DNA of 64,000 bases, from assembly GCF_004010195.1 (NCBI RefSeq), contig NC_057753.1:13009446-13073445 (forward strand). Direction: 5' to 3'. The notes below the pieces were generated by a model. That model ran no database searches. It was given only the letters and a program-made list of their open reading frames with translations, and had not been told where the DNA came from. Of this stretch, positions 1 to 13,205 are shown in pieces. This stretch comes from Chiloscyllium plagiosum. Its lineage: Eukaryota. Numbering within the stretch: position 1 is the stretch's first letter; the number at the start of each line of letters is the position of its first letter. Position numbers and translations under genes: made by a program.

Positions 1-975
1 CTCTCACGGGATTGAGTTCTTGACCAGCACTTGGCCTGACATAAAAAAAGGACCACTTTGGATGTGACCACATTGGATTGAAGCCCAGCTGAAGTCAACG
101 TGCTGCAGGCAATATGAACTCTTGCTGCAATTAACCTTGTATATCTTGGGCAAAGGTAGACTCAATTAAATTATGCATATTCGTTGTATCAGATTTCATG
201 AATGTCATCAAGTGGGATTGTGCTGAACTAAACATGGTCATGATTAATGTAATATTATGGGGAAGCTGCTTTAGATAAAACAGGCCTAGTTTGGGATAAT
301 ATGGTAATGCATCCATAAATACTGGGCTCATGCGTCCTGAAACTAATTACTTTGAGGAACCTGTCAATAATTTTGGCGTAATCAATTGCCTTGCTAATTG
401 TACTGACTCGAAGTCCTATTGTATTTGGGTATGATCAAACAAACACAACAATTGCCAGGAGTGAGGAGACTTTTTTTCTTCCAAGAATTTTATATTTCGC
501 AGACTATTCAGGAATGAACCCGCCTTCTTTGGTCAAAATTCATGTATCTGTTCTTCTTTTCATTGAGAAACACAAGTGGGCAATTGTACAATCTCCGGCT
601 TTTTTGTGTTCGAACTGTGTCTTAACCCGTGAAATCAAATCCATTCCTTCCTATGCTTCAACGGTTACTTAGTCGCTCGCTTCCTCAAACGTCTCCCTCA
701 TTTCCCCCAAAATATTTGTATCCCAGATCAGTACATCATTCGGCCTTTGAATACAACATTATCAGTCCAATCGCATCCTCTCCACATGCCTGCAAAGAAA
801 AATGGGCTATATTCCAAGACAACATTAGTTGTCACTGGGAGACACCATAAATTGCTTATGTCTGCAGGTCATGGAAGCAGCACCACATACCATATGGCAT
901 GGTTCCAAATTGCCAAATAGGCCATCAGGCAATTCATATTGGAATACAATTTTCACTAAATCGTGTTATTTTTCT

Positions 976-1483
976 TAATTTAGGGTGTAGATTTGCTGGC
1001 TGAGCTGTAGGTTTTATATCCAGACGTTTCATTAACTGGCGAGGTAATATCATCAGTGGCGAACTCCAAGTGAAGTGAAGCTGTTGTCTCCTGCTTTCTA
1101 TTTATATCTTTCTCCTGGATGGGGTTCCTGGGGTGTGTGGTGATGTCATTTCCTTTTCGTTTTCTGAGGGGCTGATAGATGGCATCTAGATCTATATGTT
1201 TGTTTATGGCGTTGTTGTTGGAGTGCCAGGCCTCTAGGAATTCTCTGGCATGCCTTTGCTTAGCCTGTCCCAGGATAGATGTGTTGTCCCAGTCGAAATG
1301 GTGGCTTTTTTCATCCGCGTGTAGGGCTACGAGGGAGAGCGGGTCGTGTCTTTTTGTGGCTAGCTGGTGTTTTGTGGCTACGCCACTGATAATGTTACCT
1401 AGCCAGGTAATGAAACTTCTGGATATCAAGCCTACAGCTCAGCGAGCAAACCTACACCCTAAATCTCAATCTGAGCTACAAAA
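976..1483 (-). mobile_element. Penelope-like retroelement 3' fragment (GIY-YIG C-terminus) with inverted pLTR
   Basis: ORF 980-1429 contains HHFDWDNTSIL..REFLEAWHS..INKH, typical of a PLE endonuclease C-terminus. About 978-1060 and 1381-1463 are inverted copies. The flanks cgtgttatttttcttaat (962-979) and cgtgcgtttttcttaat (1484-1500) resemble a target duplication. Confidence 0.85.
1018..1061 (-). ncRNA. Minimal type I hammerhead ribozyme motif in Penelope pLTR
   Basis: Minus strand reads gcca-CTGATGA-tattacctcgccagttaat-GAAAC-GTC-tgg, with an intact CUGAUGA/GAAA core, a stem II with a mismatch and a short stem I CCA/UGG. A mutated inverted copy (CTGATAA...GAAAC-TTC) lies at 1382-1422 on plus. 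Confidence 0.65.
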
Positions 1484-2063
1484 CGTGCGTTTTTCTTAAT
1501 GTAATTTGGCATAAATCAGTCTAACCAAATTGTACAATTTGCATTAAGTCATACCACCACATTGCAACTGGAAAACCAGTGCTGCCGACATCATCATGTA
1601 TCTGAAATAGTTGGTGCTCAATTCTCCCATACACCAATGTATCGCGGCTGACATCACTGTTGTCTATCCATCCAACACTTGCCATCAATTTCCTCATTCC
1701 AATTGCCACCTCCCTGACAATCTGGTTCTGACCCACTGTTACCTCCTTCCCTCTCATCACCCTGTTTGCTTGCACATGGACCGAGACAGCTGGGTGGTAA
1801 ACTGAAGGCAAGCAATGCAGGATCAGAGTGGAATTAGCCAGGGACACAGGAATATGCCAATGAGCAGATCATGTTTATTAACTGCATAATTTATCCATTT
1901 TGGCAGCAACATTCGCTAAGAAGCAGCTGCACTCATTGCTTGTTTCAATGAACTTAATTCATGTAAAAAATCAAAAATCGAATTATTTTATTCTGGAAGA
2001 CTAACTAGCAGGTACAAATGTGATCATTTTGCAGTGAGCATCAGGAGCTTCTGGATAGAAAAA

Positions 2064-2130
2064 CATGGAATATTGAAGGGTTTGGTTTTTGCCATTTACT
2101 ATCTGAACGTTGCAGCAATTGGAGTGTCAG
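2064..2130 (+). pseudogene. Orphan first exon of a GPR139/142-like GPCR paralogue (start codon lost)
   Basis: Translates HGILKGLVFAIYYLNVAAIGVS, followed by a phase-1 donor G|GTGAC at 2131. It aligns with exon 1 of the intact gene (MHGIPSGVIFAIYYPAIAIIGVP), with ATG replaced by AAA. No matching plus-strand exon 2 was recognised. Confidence 0.75.
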
Positions 2131-4139
2131 GTGACGTATAGAAGTTCAGTAGGAGTCGCATGGCTCATACGTCAACTGCATCAAGTATCCATTTTGTTGG
2201 TAACACATCTCCATGATATATAGCCTTTCTTCCTTTTATCTACTGCGACTTTCACGTCACCAGTATATATTTTCCCCTTATCTGATAAAACTGAGACCTT
2301 TTTTAACACTGTCATTCTTCTACTTTCATCTTTTTATCTCGCCAGTTATCTCATTAACTGAAATGAGTTTTTTCGTTAGATCTTCGATCCCTCTCACTAA
2401 ATGTGTCAATAAAACAGTTTACCAGTTTAGTTTCTTCATGCAACATCCCTCGTCTTCCACTTTAATGCTTGCATGTCTCAGTGTGGCCAGTGCAATTTCA
2501 ACATTTTCAACAGCACTTTTCTCCACTTAACTCTAACATCCTAAGATACAAATATGAATATATGGATCCTTTTGCAGTCTTTGTCGGCGATTTATGATTC
2601 TATTCTTTGATTTGAATGTTTTGATATTGTACTTTCCAATGCTTTTGAGGGCTAATTTCTTCTAAATTACAATGGTGGAAACTGAACTGTTCTTTGGCAC
2701 TGCCATGTTTACTGTGGGTAAATGACTGGAATGTTATCAAAGTGATGATTTGGAGAAGCCAGTGTTAGACTGGGGTGTACAAAGTTAAAAATCACACAAC
2801 ACCAGTTTGGATTGTAACCTGGTATTGTATGATTTGTAACGCTATCAAAGTGTAAATGGACCCATAATGTCTTATTGGCATGCTACCGATGGTGAAATAT
2901 AACTTGTTGTATTAAGACCTTGCTATTAATGTTCAAATGAAGACCTGATGTTTTACTAATGTTATAACACTAACACAGTAATTTTCATAATGCTTCATTG
3001 ATTGAGAGAGGGGGCTTTTTAAATCATCCATACATAGAATGAGTACGGCGTTGGCTGGGCCAATATTTAGTATTCTTTTCTATTTGCTCCTACGATCGCA
3101 GTGCTGAGCTGAATTCTTGAACTGCTGCTCTCATTAGGTTACGATTGACACGCAATGTCGTTAGGACATGGTCCAGGATGGTTGTACTCTCATTAAAGGC
3201 ATTTTTGGAGAACCTAAAGGAAATGTCGTCTTTGGATGAAAAAGGCACCTCACTAATCTCTGAAGAACACTTTGGTTTGTATAATGAAGAGAAATTGTTC
3301 CAACCAATGAAGCACTCTTACCTATTGTACTATGATAATTGGTACTGTGTGTCAATCGCCGTTTTGTCACCATTTTGTGATTCAAACACTGACGGACTAA
3401 TTCCCAGATATAAGAACTTGGGAAAATTGACCCAGTGACTAAGTTTAAAAGAAAAGACATTACTATTCAGCGACCTGTTGACAAATACAAATGTAATGTT
3501 TTTTTCCCCGAATGGTGTTTCTCTGTCTGTTGTTTATTGTTAGTTCCTGTCTCACAGCAGGCTTTCTGTTTTCAGCAATTGCTTTTTTTTTTGAGAACAG
3601 GTCTGCCCTTACACATTCAATGTTGTTGACATTTCTAAAGTTATGTACAGTGACGTAGAATTATATCCCACTCCAAAAAGCTTTCTTTATTTTGCATTCT
3701 TCCCATCTTCACCAGTGTCTATACATTGCCTCAAAACTGATGGCATTTCTTGCGGAGACTTGCAAAATCAAATGAGTATAAAGAGATTTTGGAAGGGGTT
3801 CAGAGAATGTTTCCAGGATAGTGACTGGACTGAATTATGAAGCTGCATCTCGGTTGGATAAATTGCTAATTCCATAACCGAGGTGTCATAGAGATCATAA
3901 TGTGATTGTGTTTCACCGTCAGTTTGTTTGCTCAAAGGAAAACAACACACTTAATCAGGCTTTTCACCACAGGCAAATTCCTGGTGAATCTCCTTTATGT
4001 CGTTTCCAATTTTTTTTGAGTCATTGCCGTAGTGTGGCAAACAGAACGACAATATTACTACATCTGTGGCCTAAGCCTTCTTGTATAAAATTCTGAGAAG
4101 ACTTCCTGGCTGCTGTTTTCTACACGCCCAGTGAAATAA

Positions 4140-6050
4140 AACATGCATATTGTTTTCTTTCTTCACTATGCTGCCTACCCGTGTTGAATTCTTCAGGAAT
4201 CTATGGACTTGTGGACCAACGTCTCTTTGTTCCTAAATACTCCCTCGGTACCTATCATCCATTGTGTCATTCCTTCCCGTATTAGACCTTCCGAAACCCA
4301 TCATCTCGAACTTATCATGAATAAATTTGATATAGCATTGTTCTGCCCAATTTATCAGTGGATCAATATCAAACTCTAATTTAAGAGTACGATATCAATG
4401 ACAAAACTATCAATAGTATCACTAATTTTTGTTTCATCGGCAAATCCACTTATTATGCCTTCTACATTCAAATACAGATCATTAATGTACAAAGCCATCA
4501 GGAAGGGTACCAGCACCGATCCCCGTGGTACGCCCTTGGTCACATGCTTGCAGTCATAAAACAATGATTCACCTTTACCCTTAGACTTCTTTTGCAACCC
4601 AATTTTAGATCTACTTTGCCACCTCGCCTTGTATATCATGGATTATTGTCTTTTATGTCAACGTTTCATGTGAGTATCTTGTCAAATGCCTTACTGAAGT
4701 CACAGAAACCATATAGACTGCAGTAACTTCCTCAATACATTTCGCCAGCTTTAAAAAAAAAAAATCTCAACTAAATTGATCGGACATGGTCTCTGCTAAC
4801 AAATTAGTGCAAACTACCCTGATCAAAACCTGTATTTCCAAATGGGATTACGATTCTCGCTTAGAGGTTATTCAATTTTTTTTCACCACTGTCGTCCGAC
4901 AGCCTGTAATTTTCTGCTTAACTCCTTTTATTTATGAAAGGAACCACATTATCCAGTATTCAATTTTCTGGTACTTCACCTTGGCCAGGGAAATATTCAG
5001 TACATCCGCCGGACTCCCCAGCAAACTCATTCCTTGACTCACGTGGCAGCCTGAGGTGAAAATGGTCAGGCCCTGGGAACCCGTGTACCTTTATGGTCGC
5101 TTATGAATTCGCACCCTTCTTACTTATAAATCACAACGTTTACTAGAAAGTCAGCATCCCGTCTGAAATTCCCAGCAACAATGTCTTCCTTCCCGTCAAT
5201 AGGGTTGAGAAGTAATCGTTTAAGTCCTAACCCCGTCCACTGGTTCCACGGAGAGATTGTCCCATTACTTGTCGTCGGCACCGCTCTTTCCTTGGAATTC
5301 CTCTTACTCTTAATGGATCGGCAAAATGCCTTGGGATCTTCCATTTTCTTAATTGCAAAAGATATTTTGTCGACCCTGTTTGTCCTCGCAACTTCTTTTT
5401 TTAACAAGATACCTGTCACCAGACATGTACACAAATATGTATCTGAAGGGATTTTCATTAGTGTTTTTTTAAATGAAAATTAACTGATGTATACTTCCTT
5501 CTTCTGCTTTACAAGCAATTATATCGCTTGCAGTGTCAAGAGTTGGAGGAAGTCAATGCTTCGGGTATAACTTTTCTTCAGAATTCAACCCCGCTTCGAG
5601 TTTTAAAGAAGGGTTATACCCAAAAGGTTTTCTTCTCCTCCTCTTGACTTGCTGTGTTTTCCAGCCTCCTGCTTTTCTACTTTGGATTACAGCATCTGCA
5701 GGGTTTTTTTTGTCACTAATGATTTCCCTTGGCATCCAGGGGTCCCTAAACATGTTACCTTTACTCTCCACTGTTAGAGGAGCACAGTGTGCCAGAATTC
5801 TCATCAAACTACTTTTGAAAGGTCTCCAAAATTCCAAATTCAGCCCTACCAGCAAGTAGTTGCTCCCAGTCTGTGTTTGCCATTTCCTGTCTCATGATGT
5901 TAGGAGAGCTAGCTTAGCTCTCCTCCAGTTTCGATCTGCAACATCTACACCATTCTTATCCTTTTCCATGATGACTATAAACTTTGCGACGTTGTGGGCA
6001 CCATTTCCAAAATTATCACAAACTGACAGGTCAATCAGTTGACTGAAATC
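4140..6050 (-). mobile_element. Degraded CR1-type LINE fragments, interrupted by a Penelope-derived foldback at about 5540-5710
   Basis: ORF 4376-4639 contains VTKGVPRGSVL..YINDL..FADETKI (RT motifs). ORF 5120-5458 contains DPKAFCRSIKSKR. Confidence 0.8.
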
Positions 6051-6680
6051 GTTCCCGCAAATCAGTCTAGCTTTGTTGCTCAGCTGAGCGTGAAGGACAG
6101 GCTTTCAACTTTCAGACGGATTACAGAACTATGCGGGTATAAAAAATCCAAGTGGTTTAGACTTGCATTACCTCTCACTTTCTATGTGCACCATAGTCAG
6201 TACAGAACGTCGCTTCAGAAAACATCTCCTAGGATACATGTCGTGTTTGCAAGTGATATTCATGTTCCATCTTCGACTATTTCCATTGGCTTCTTCACTA
6301 CAAATTTTATAATGAAAAGCTAATTTTTCAAAATGTGGATGGCTTTATGTAATAATGCTTCAATTCGAAAGATATAGTTCATTCATAACGGTTACAAAAA
6401 TGTGATATAACTCACTTAATTTTGCAAAACATAGAAGGTGCAATAAAATGCAACTTAGCTGCTCAAAATATGATCCATCTTATTCTGATTTATAAGATCA
6501 CAGTACTCTTAAATTATTTGTCTGTGCTTGATTATGACCACATGTCCAACCCAGACCATTGCTGATTTCATTCATTTCATTTTTGACAGAACTAACTTGT
6601 ATTGTGGACACGGAGGTGTTGTGACAATGTAGTAGTATGAGAACCCCATCTAGTGTACACTCCCAGAATTCATAAGATAG

Positions 6681-6996
6681 TTGTTTGGTCATGGTCTGGT
6701 CTCTTTTTGCATCAGCGTGTGAGCTTCAGGGCACAAAAATATATGTTTTTTTTTTTGTTTAAGAGCACGAAGATTCTTAAAATAAACATTTTATTCCCAT
6801 TGTGAAATTAAAAAGACAATCTGTCTTGTGTTTCTGGAGGATTATAATTACCCTCCATGTATCTTCAGCAAATATCACAGAATTTCCCGTAGATACTGGA
6901 TATACCAAATTAGGGTTCCACTGGCATAGGTTTTCAAGTAACTGTGTCAATAATTCAGATGAAATGTATGGCACTGAAATATTGCCACTCCTTCCT
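6681..6996 (-). pseudogene. TCR alpha-like V segment pseudogene with 23-RSS
   Basis: Acceptor tttcag precedes 6996. Reads TLIWYIQYLREIL*YLLKIH ... IYFCALK. RSS: heptamer CACGCTG (6719-6713), 23-nt spacer, nonamer ACCAAACAA (6689-6681). Contains stops and frameshifts. Confidence 0.75.
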
Positions 6997-7906
6997 CTGA
7001 AACAAGTGCAAAATGTTGCACTCGTCAGGGAATAAAAACACTCTCTGGGAAGCACACGCAATTTTAAAAAGAAACAACGAATTCGTCTGTAAGCTCATTA
7101 TTATTGGCGAGGAATACAAAAAAATGATATCCAGTTTATGTTTTGAAAGAAAATACGAAACGTGTTGACGCTCTTATTCTGATATGAAAGTGCAACCAGA
7201 GTCAGGCTTCGCTTACTAAGAGGCGGAAGGCGTCATCTAAATACAGGACTGAATGTTCTGCCATAGTAGATGACAGCTACGCATGAAGAAGTGACATCCA
7301 CAGATAGTAACTTCCTCTGCTTCGTATCCGAGTTTATCAGTGTCTCTTTGCTTGTCTCTTTGCATTGATCTCTACCTCTCCCCGCTGAGATCACCTCTCA
7401 TTGAAACAGACATCCTCTCTGCCTAAAATTTATTTTAGTGAATACCATCCAAATAATGAAATAATCTAATGTCCTTGAGGGAAGGAAACTAGTGCACTCA
7501 TATTTGCAGGTCCATACGTCACTCCCGACCCACAACAATGTGGTTGATTTTTATCTGCGCTCCTGGCCTCAGGGACAGACAACAAATATTGGCAAAGCCC
7601 ATGGCGCCCAAATCCTTTTAATTATCAGACCTCAGTCTTGGGAATGTATTCAGAGTTTAATGGAGTGGACAAGTAAATTGCAAAATCTGTTTGGCCAGCC
7701 GGTGACGTGAAGGCCGTTGGGGAATTTTCACTTTGACAGGACTGAACATAGAATCACAAATTTTGTTTCCTTTATTTATATTCAATGAAACACTTAGTCG
7801 GATTCAGTTAAACTAAATGAGAAACTTTAGTTCAAAACATGACCAAGATCATGTCTCCATGAAAAAGTCAAACCACTGAAACGTAGTGTGTTTGAGGGTG
7901 AGGGGG

Positions 7907-7980
7907 GGATAGAGAGAGAGAGAGAGAGACAGAGCGAGAGGGAGGGGGGGGGGCGAGAGAGAGAGACAGAGAGAGAGATA
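7907..7980. repeat. (GA)n microsatellite with G-run
   Basis: Directly visible. Confidence 0.95.
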
Positions 7981-8260
7981 TTGAGTATTCCTTTCCGTTG
8001 GGATTTGAAAAATCTTTATCGTTGGAGACAACCAATCCCTGCGTGTGATTTCGTGTCATGTCTGGTGTCAACGCAGCATAATCATCGGCTTTGTTGGGAA
8101 TGTGATCCATCAGTCTCACTGAACTTAAACTTCTCTCCATTGCCATCATTGAAAGTTTTTTGTTGTTGTTGACAGGATGTGCTCTCCTGAAAAGCTGAGG
8201 CTGATTGATCCACCACTTGTCAATCTTCATCGTCTTGAGCAGGGAGACTTGCAATGACCT

Positions 8261-8707
8261 ATGAACATTTTTTTTTCACTTGGACCTCTGATGTTCTTGA
8301 CATTGTGCAAATTTAGTTTTCTAATCGGACGCCTTGTTTTGCCCATCCCTCAATACATCGTAATGTTTGAGATGTGTTTCTTTTGTGACAGAGGATCAGT
8401 GTGAGGTGCAGAGCTCAGAGGCTGAACAGCTGCAATCTGTGGAAGGGAAACCGGTTGTATTGGACTGTTGACTCTGCTTTGGTGCTAGTATAAAAGGAGT
8501 CTGGTACCGGGAAACACTGATGGGCCTCCGACATTTATAGGCTACATACACCAGTGGAATATGACTATTGGACACTGCCTAATTTCATTTGAGACGGAAA
8601 AGAAGTCCAAAACAATTTCAATAGACGGCAACGTGGTTGAGGAACACCATCGTATTGTACGATGCAGGAACTGTGAAACAAACAGTGGATCTGGCCATAT
8701 AATATCT
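8261..8707 (+). pseudogene. TCR (delta-like) V segment pseudogene: leader, 76-nt intron, V exon, 23-RSS
   Basis: Leader MNIFFSLGPLMFLTLCKF at 8261-8315 and acceptor at 8391. The V exon reads SVEGKPVVLDC*..GVWYRE / DGPPTFIGYI ... SYCTMQ. RSS: AACTGTG (8669-8675), 23 nt, ATAATATCT (8699-8707). Confidence 0.72.
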
Positions 8708-8930
8708 TGTATTGTGATGTCTCGCTGGCTCCCATTAAACTATCGCCAAAAGAAGAATTTTCCAAATGCCAGTGTTTTCAGCAATCTTACTTTCCAAAAC
8801 TTATGCTTCCAGATGGATATATTTCAAAATTCGTATGACCATAATCAATTGTAGAGAATCACATTAAGTCAGTCTCTCTGCCTGTTCCATAGGAAAGTAT
8901 ATAATTAACAAAAGCGATATCTACCTTATT

Positions 8931-9093
8931 NNNNNNNNNNNNNNNNNNNNNNNNNNNNNNNNNNNNNNNNNNNNNNNNNNNNNNNNNNNNNNNNNNNNNN
9001 NNNNNNNNNNNNNNNNNNNNNNNNNNNNNNNNNNNNNNNNNNNNNNNNNNNNNNNNNNNNNNNNNNNNNNNNNNNNNNNNNNNNNNNNNNNNN
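8931..9093. other. Assembly gap (163 N) adjoining a (GATA/GACA)n microsatellite at 9094-9195
   Basis: Directly visible. Confidence 0.99.
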
Positions 9094-9291
9094 ATAGATA
9101 TATCGAAAAATATGTAGATAGATATACAGACAGACAGCTGGATAGATAGATACGTAGATAGATAGGTAGGTCGACAGATATATAGATACACAGATCGATG
9201 GTAATATTATTCCATCTGTGTATGGAGGCCCTTTATTTATTTATGTGTTCCTTGTATGATGAATTTGGTAGGATTTCATTGCATTTTGCAG

Positions 9292-9610
9292 CGACCTCTT
9301 CTCGTCCAGTGACATTTGCAATATCAGTTTATCAAAGAGTTGTTGGACAGACTAAGTTCCTTCAAGACAAGGCATCCTCTGCTTCGAATGGTTTTATGTT
9401 CTTCTGCAGATATTTCTGCTATTAAATTCCCAAATATATTATCTCAACATTCGTTAATGAACTAATTGTTGGAGTTTGCAAAGCCTGTGTATGGTGACAA
9501 AGGCTGCACCTGCCTCTCTGTTAACATGGTTCAGCTGTCAGCTGCTTTTGGTGATTGAGAGTGAAATGAGACACAGTGAAATATAGAAAGGATGAAACGT
9601 TGCAAGAATT
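9292..9610 (+). pseudogene. Highly degenerate TCR V segment with 23-RSS
   Basis: Acceptor ttttgcag at 9291 and a 280-nt exon reading VVGQTKFLQ..GFMFFCRY..IPKYII..LSVNMVQLS. RSS: perfect CACAGTG (9572-9578), 23 nt, GCAAGAATT (9602-9610). Confidence 0.6.
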
Positions 9611-11874
9611 TACCCTGCTTGGCGATTGAGGAGACAAAAATATAGTCAACATGAAATGAAAACATCATACAGGGGAAATGTTTAAATATGACACTAAAAG
9701 GTACACTATACATGTGAGTCAATATATTTCTGTTCCAATATTTAGACAGATATATTGTTAGAGAAGGTGAACTAAATATGGGACACATGGGATGAGGCAA
9801 CTAGGACGAGTTCAGTTTAGGAAACCCGGTAGCCATGGACGACTTGGGCTCAAGGCCCTGTTTCTGTGTTGTATGAATCTACAATGGAACCAAAAGTTAT
9901 TTTTGTAACAATTTCATACATCATCAGTATTGACTAAACTACTGTCTATCTGTACTTTTTCCAGAGTTATGTGTTTTTTTCTGGGAGTCTTCAGTGCTGC
10001 ACGACAGAAGGGAATTAATCTCATAGATGACCCCTTCTTTATATTATCTGAAATATTATGGAAGAGATGCATCCTTTTCGTAATCAATGACTATTGGGAA
10101 GATCAATTGCAGAAGCACGTTTATTTCACATGATTGTAGCATCGTACTTGACAGTGTTAATAGGACGTAAAAACATTGAAAGAAAGACTTTCTGGGCGTC
10201 TTCCTTCAGCTTTATAAGTTTGTTCTTTGCTGAGATCATTGTTCACCGAAATAACATTTAGAAGAAGCACAATGCAATATAAAAGATACATCACCCTTTT
10301 CGTGCGGTTATCGATTTTGAGTGATATCCTGATAATCAGTCGTTAACAACATTTTTTAATGATATCAGCATTCCAACAATATCAAGGGTGGAACTATTGA
10401 TGTGAAGTACCTCTGATTAGTGTAAATAAATTTGTAGTGTTAGTGATTAGGTAAATTATAGATCACAGACCAGTAATCTAACAATCTAAGTAAACAAAAC
10501 AAAATGATCTAGTAAAACACTATTTAAGCCAAAGAATTCAGTGATATTGACGAAGACACTTACAGTCAATGTCAAAAAAGCTGTATTGCATCTGAAGATG
10601 CTGGAGAACATTTTCTATGACCACAATTTGTCGACTATCAGTTGACTGGTGTCCCAGCTGAGTGCTGGGCATTCATGGAAACATGTTGCTTATGACATTT
10701 CACTGCATACATTGTGTTAAGTTGAATCGGGAGAAAACTCTTCAAACAAGGGGGAGAAGACGAGCGAAGATGGAATTGCTTGTGTATCTAGCCCCAGGAA
10801 ATCTCTGCAGGAGTTCCTGATAATATACCACAGAACACATCATTTGCATTGACATCATCAATGATACTACCTCATATGATCAGTTGTGACAGCCTAGGGG
10901 ACTGAAGTCACTGATCTAGTTGCTCCTCTCTGACTGGGCAGAAGCCAAATGAAATGGCCCCAACCTCGCACCCTGCAATCCTACAAGATATGTTGCTCTG
11001 CTTAGGGCCAGCTATAGCACCCTGACCTGGTGTCCAAGAAGGCACCATGTTGCCTGAGGATTACACGAAACTTCGCGATATTTATGATACCTCTGGCACT
11101 GAACAGTTCGTTTCTGCACGCATAAAGACCTGGATAGCTCTCGCATACATCCTAAGTGGTTTCAAGCAACATTCGCGTCACACCAGCGCGAGATTGTTAC
11201 CATTTTCAACAAAAGGAATCTTAGCATTATCCCTGAATTTCAATGACATTACCACGTCTGAAACTGCACTTTTAACGTACTTAGGATTTGAATTCAGCAG
11301 AATCTGGACTTGCCAATTTTAATATCATGCTCACATGAGCACATCAGAGCAGAAGAATGTTGGAGCGAATAACTCACCTCCATTTCCGCAAACCTTGTCC
11401 CCACCTTCGGGGCAAGGGTCAGGGGCATGTTGGAATGTTCTTCACTTACCTGGAACAGTGCAGCTCCAAAAACACCCGGGAATCTCGAGACCATTCTGGC
11501 CAGAGCACTTCGTTGAAAGCTAATAGATGATAACAGATGTTCTCAGAGATATAAGTTTACAGTGAAGTGGTTTAATAATGTGTGACGGAAATGGTTACAT
11601 TAATTTGTGTTTAATGGAGATCAACTGGAGACGTAGGGATTCAAAAGGGAACATGTATCACAGAACGTTTATTAAGATAACTGGCAGGATGGATTTAACT
11701 TATAAAACTAAACTAACTGTGAAAGCATCTCCGTATTTACCTTGCAACATTGTGTGTTTCATGATCTCTAAAAAATATTTCTGATTCTCTCACAAACAGT
11801 CAGGACTGAATTCCTTCAGTTTTGTGACATGGGAGCGCTCTCTGGGGAGCACTAAATGCAATTTCTACCTTAGG

Positions 11875-12362
11875 TTCATAAGTTCACAAGATACAGGACC
11901 AGAATTGGGCTCCACCAGTCGATCATGGCTGTTTGGTTTCTCAGCCCCAATTTCTGGTCTTCTCTCCAAGACCCTTGAACCCATTATCACGTTAAGTTCT
12001 GTGCAACCCCCTGCTTAAATTTACTCAATGTTCTAGCATCTGCCGTACTTTGTGCTAGCGAATTCTGAAGAGTCACAACCCTTTGGGAGAAGCCGTTTCT
12101 CCTTAGGTTTGTTTTAAATTTGCTGCTCCTTATCCTCAGATTTTGACATTTCGTTCTTGAATACTAAACCCGAGGAAACGTCCACTCCAAATCTCTTTTC
12201 TTCATAACTTTTATCATCTTGAATACCTTAATTTGATTTTCGCTCATTTTTCTTATGTACAGGGAGTGTTGGCCTGAATTACTCAGTCTCTCCTCACACG
12301 ACAAACTCCTCACCTCCGAATGAAACCAGTGAACACCCTCTGAACTGCCGCCAATGCTACTA
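11875..12362 (-). mobile_element. CR1 LINE 3' end fragment
   Basis: Similar to the other CR1 3' ends in the window. The minus strand encodes ALAAVQRVFTGFI (the LExVQRRFTR motif). Confidence 0.7.
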
Positions 12363-12370
12363 CATACATT

Positions 12371-12871
12371 GAATTTTGTCCTGGATGCGCTTTATCTCTA
12401 TATCTGTGTGGGCTGCATGGAACAGATATACATGGCTGCTTTTGGAGATGAGGATTTTTTTTATTGTTATTTCGTATCTTGTCAGTTTTATTCAACTTAG
12501 AAGATATCGATCACTTGATGGGGTTGCACTTCTACATGACCCGCCAAATACAATATGAACTGCGGATGCTGCCATATACTGAACCGGGAAACATAAGGGT
12601 TACAATCACCTTATTTTCAATTTGCAGGATTGTGTGCGACTTCAGCTCTTTTTTTTCCCCACAAATGTTTATTCCACTATATCATGCTGGCTCCACACTA
12701 ACATCTGAAATGTAATAAAAATTAGGCAATCAACGTCAACATAACAGTGATCAACATCGAAATCGCAATTTCTGTTATTCGATCAAGAAAGATATTTGTA
12801 TTGTAACAATCTGTTCTGTCCCGCAAAGTGTCCTCAGAATGAATATAATGACGACGAGTAATGTGATTCAT
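12371..12871 (-). pseudogene. TCR alpha-like V segment pseudogene (leader + V exon + RSS)
   Basis: ATG at 12871 and a frameshifted leader (LLVVIIFILRTLC). Acceptor precedes 12704; the ~296-nt exon has HPQFILY, SSKLNKTDK and AAMYICSMQP. RSS: CACAGAT (12408-12402), 22 nt, ACAAAATTC (12379-12371). Confidence 0.7.
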
Positions 12872-13014
12872 TTCGTATAGTTTATTTCTCATTTTATAAC
12901 TCTGCAGTTCAGGAAATTCTGCATGTCAGAGCAGAAATAAAGATCCCTGCCCCACTGCATTGTTGATCCAATCGATGACAAGAACAGTGCATTCTCTCTA
13001 AGAACACTGAAAAA

Positions 13015-13205
13015 AACTGCTGAAAATCAGAAACACAAACACAAAATTCTGAAAAAGCTCAGCAGATCGTGTGGCATCTGTGAATCGAAATCAGAGTTAA
13101 ATGTTCAATTGTAAGGGAGGAGTTTTACTCCCAAAACGTTAACTCTAATATCTCTTCAGAGATACTGCTCGACCTGCTGAGATTTTCCAGAAACGTTTGT
13201 TTTCC
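13015..13205. mobile_element. Palindromic non-autonomous element derived from Penelope-type termini
   Basis: Inverted arms gaaaaagctcagcagatc...cagagttaa / ttaactct...gacctgctgagattttccag. Confidence 0.6.

Noticed and set aside
579-795. CACAGTT / ACAATTGCC RSS-like motif with upstream acceptor (minus)
   Set aside because: The spacer is 25 nt, the exon would be only about 170 nt, and there are no V motifs.
1521-1847. Ig-like start (PAVSV..GKEVTV) on minus strand
   Set aside because: There are no conserved Cys or Trp residues, so it cannot be supported.
8676-8720. SGSGHIISC read as a germline-joined J (FGxG) motif, implying a VJ-type receptor
   Set aside because: The same bases fit better as the 23-nt RSS spacer between a heptamer-like and a nonamer-like motif.
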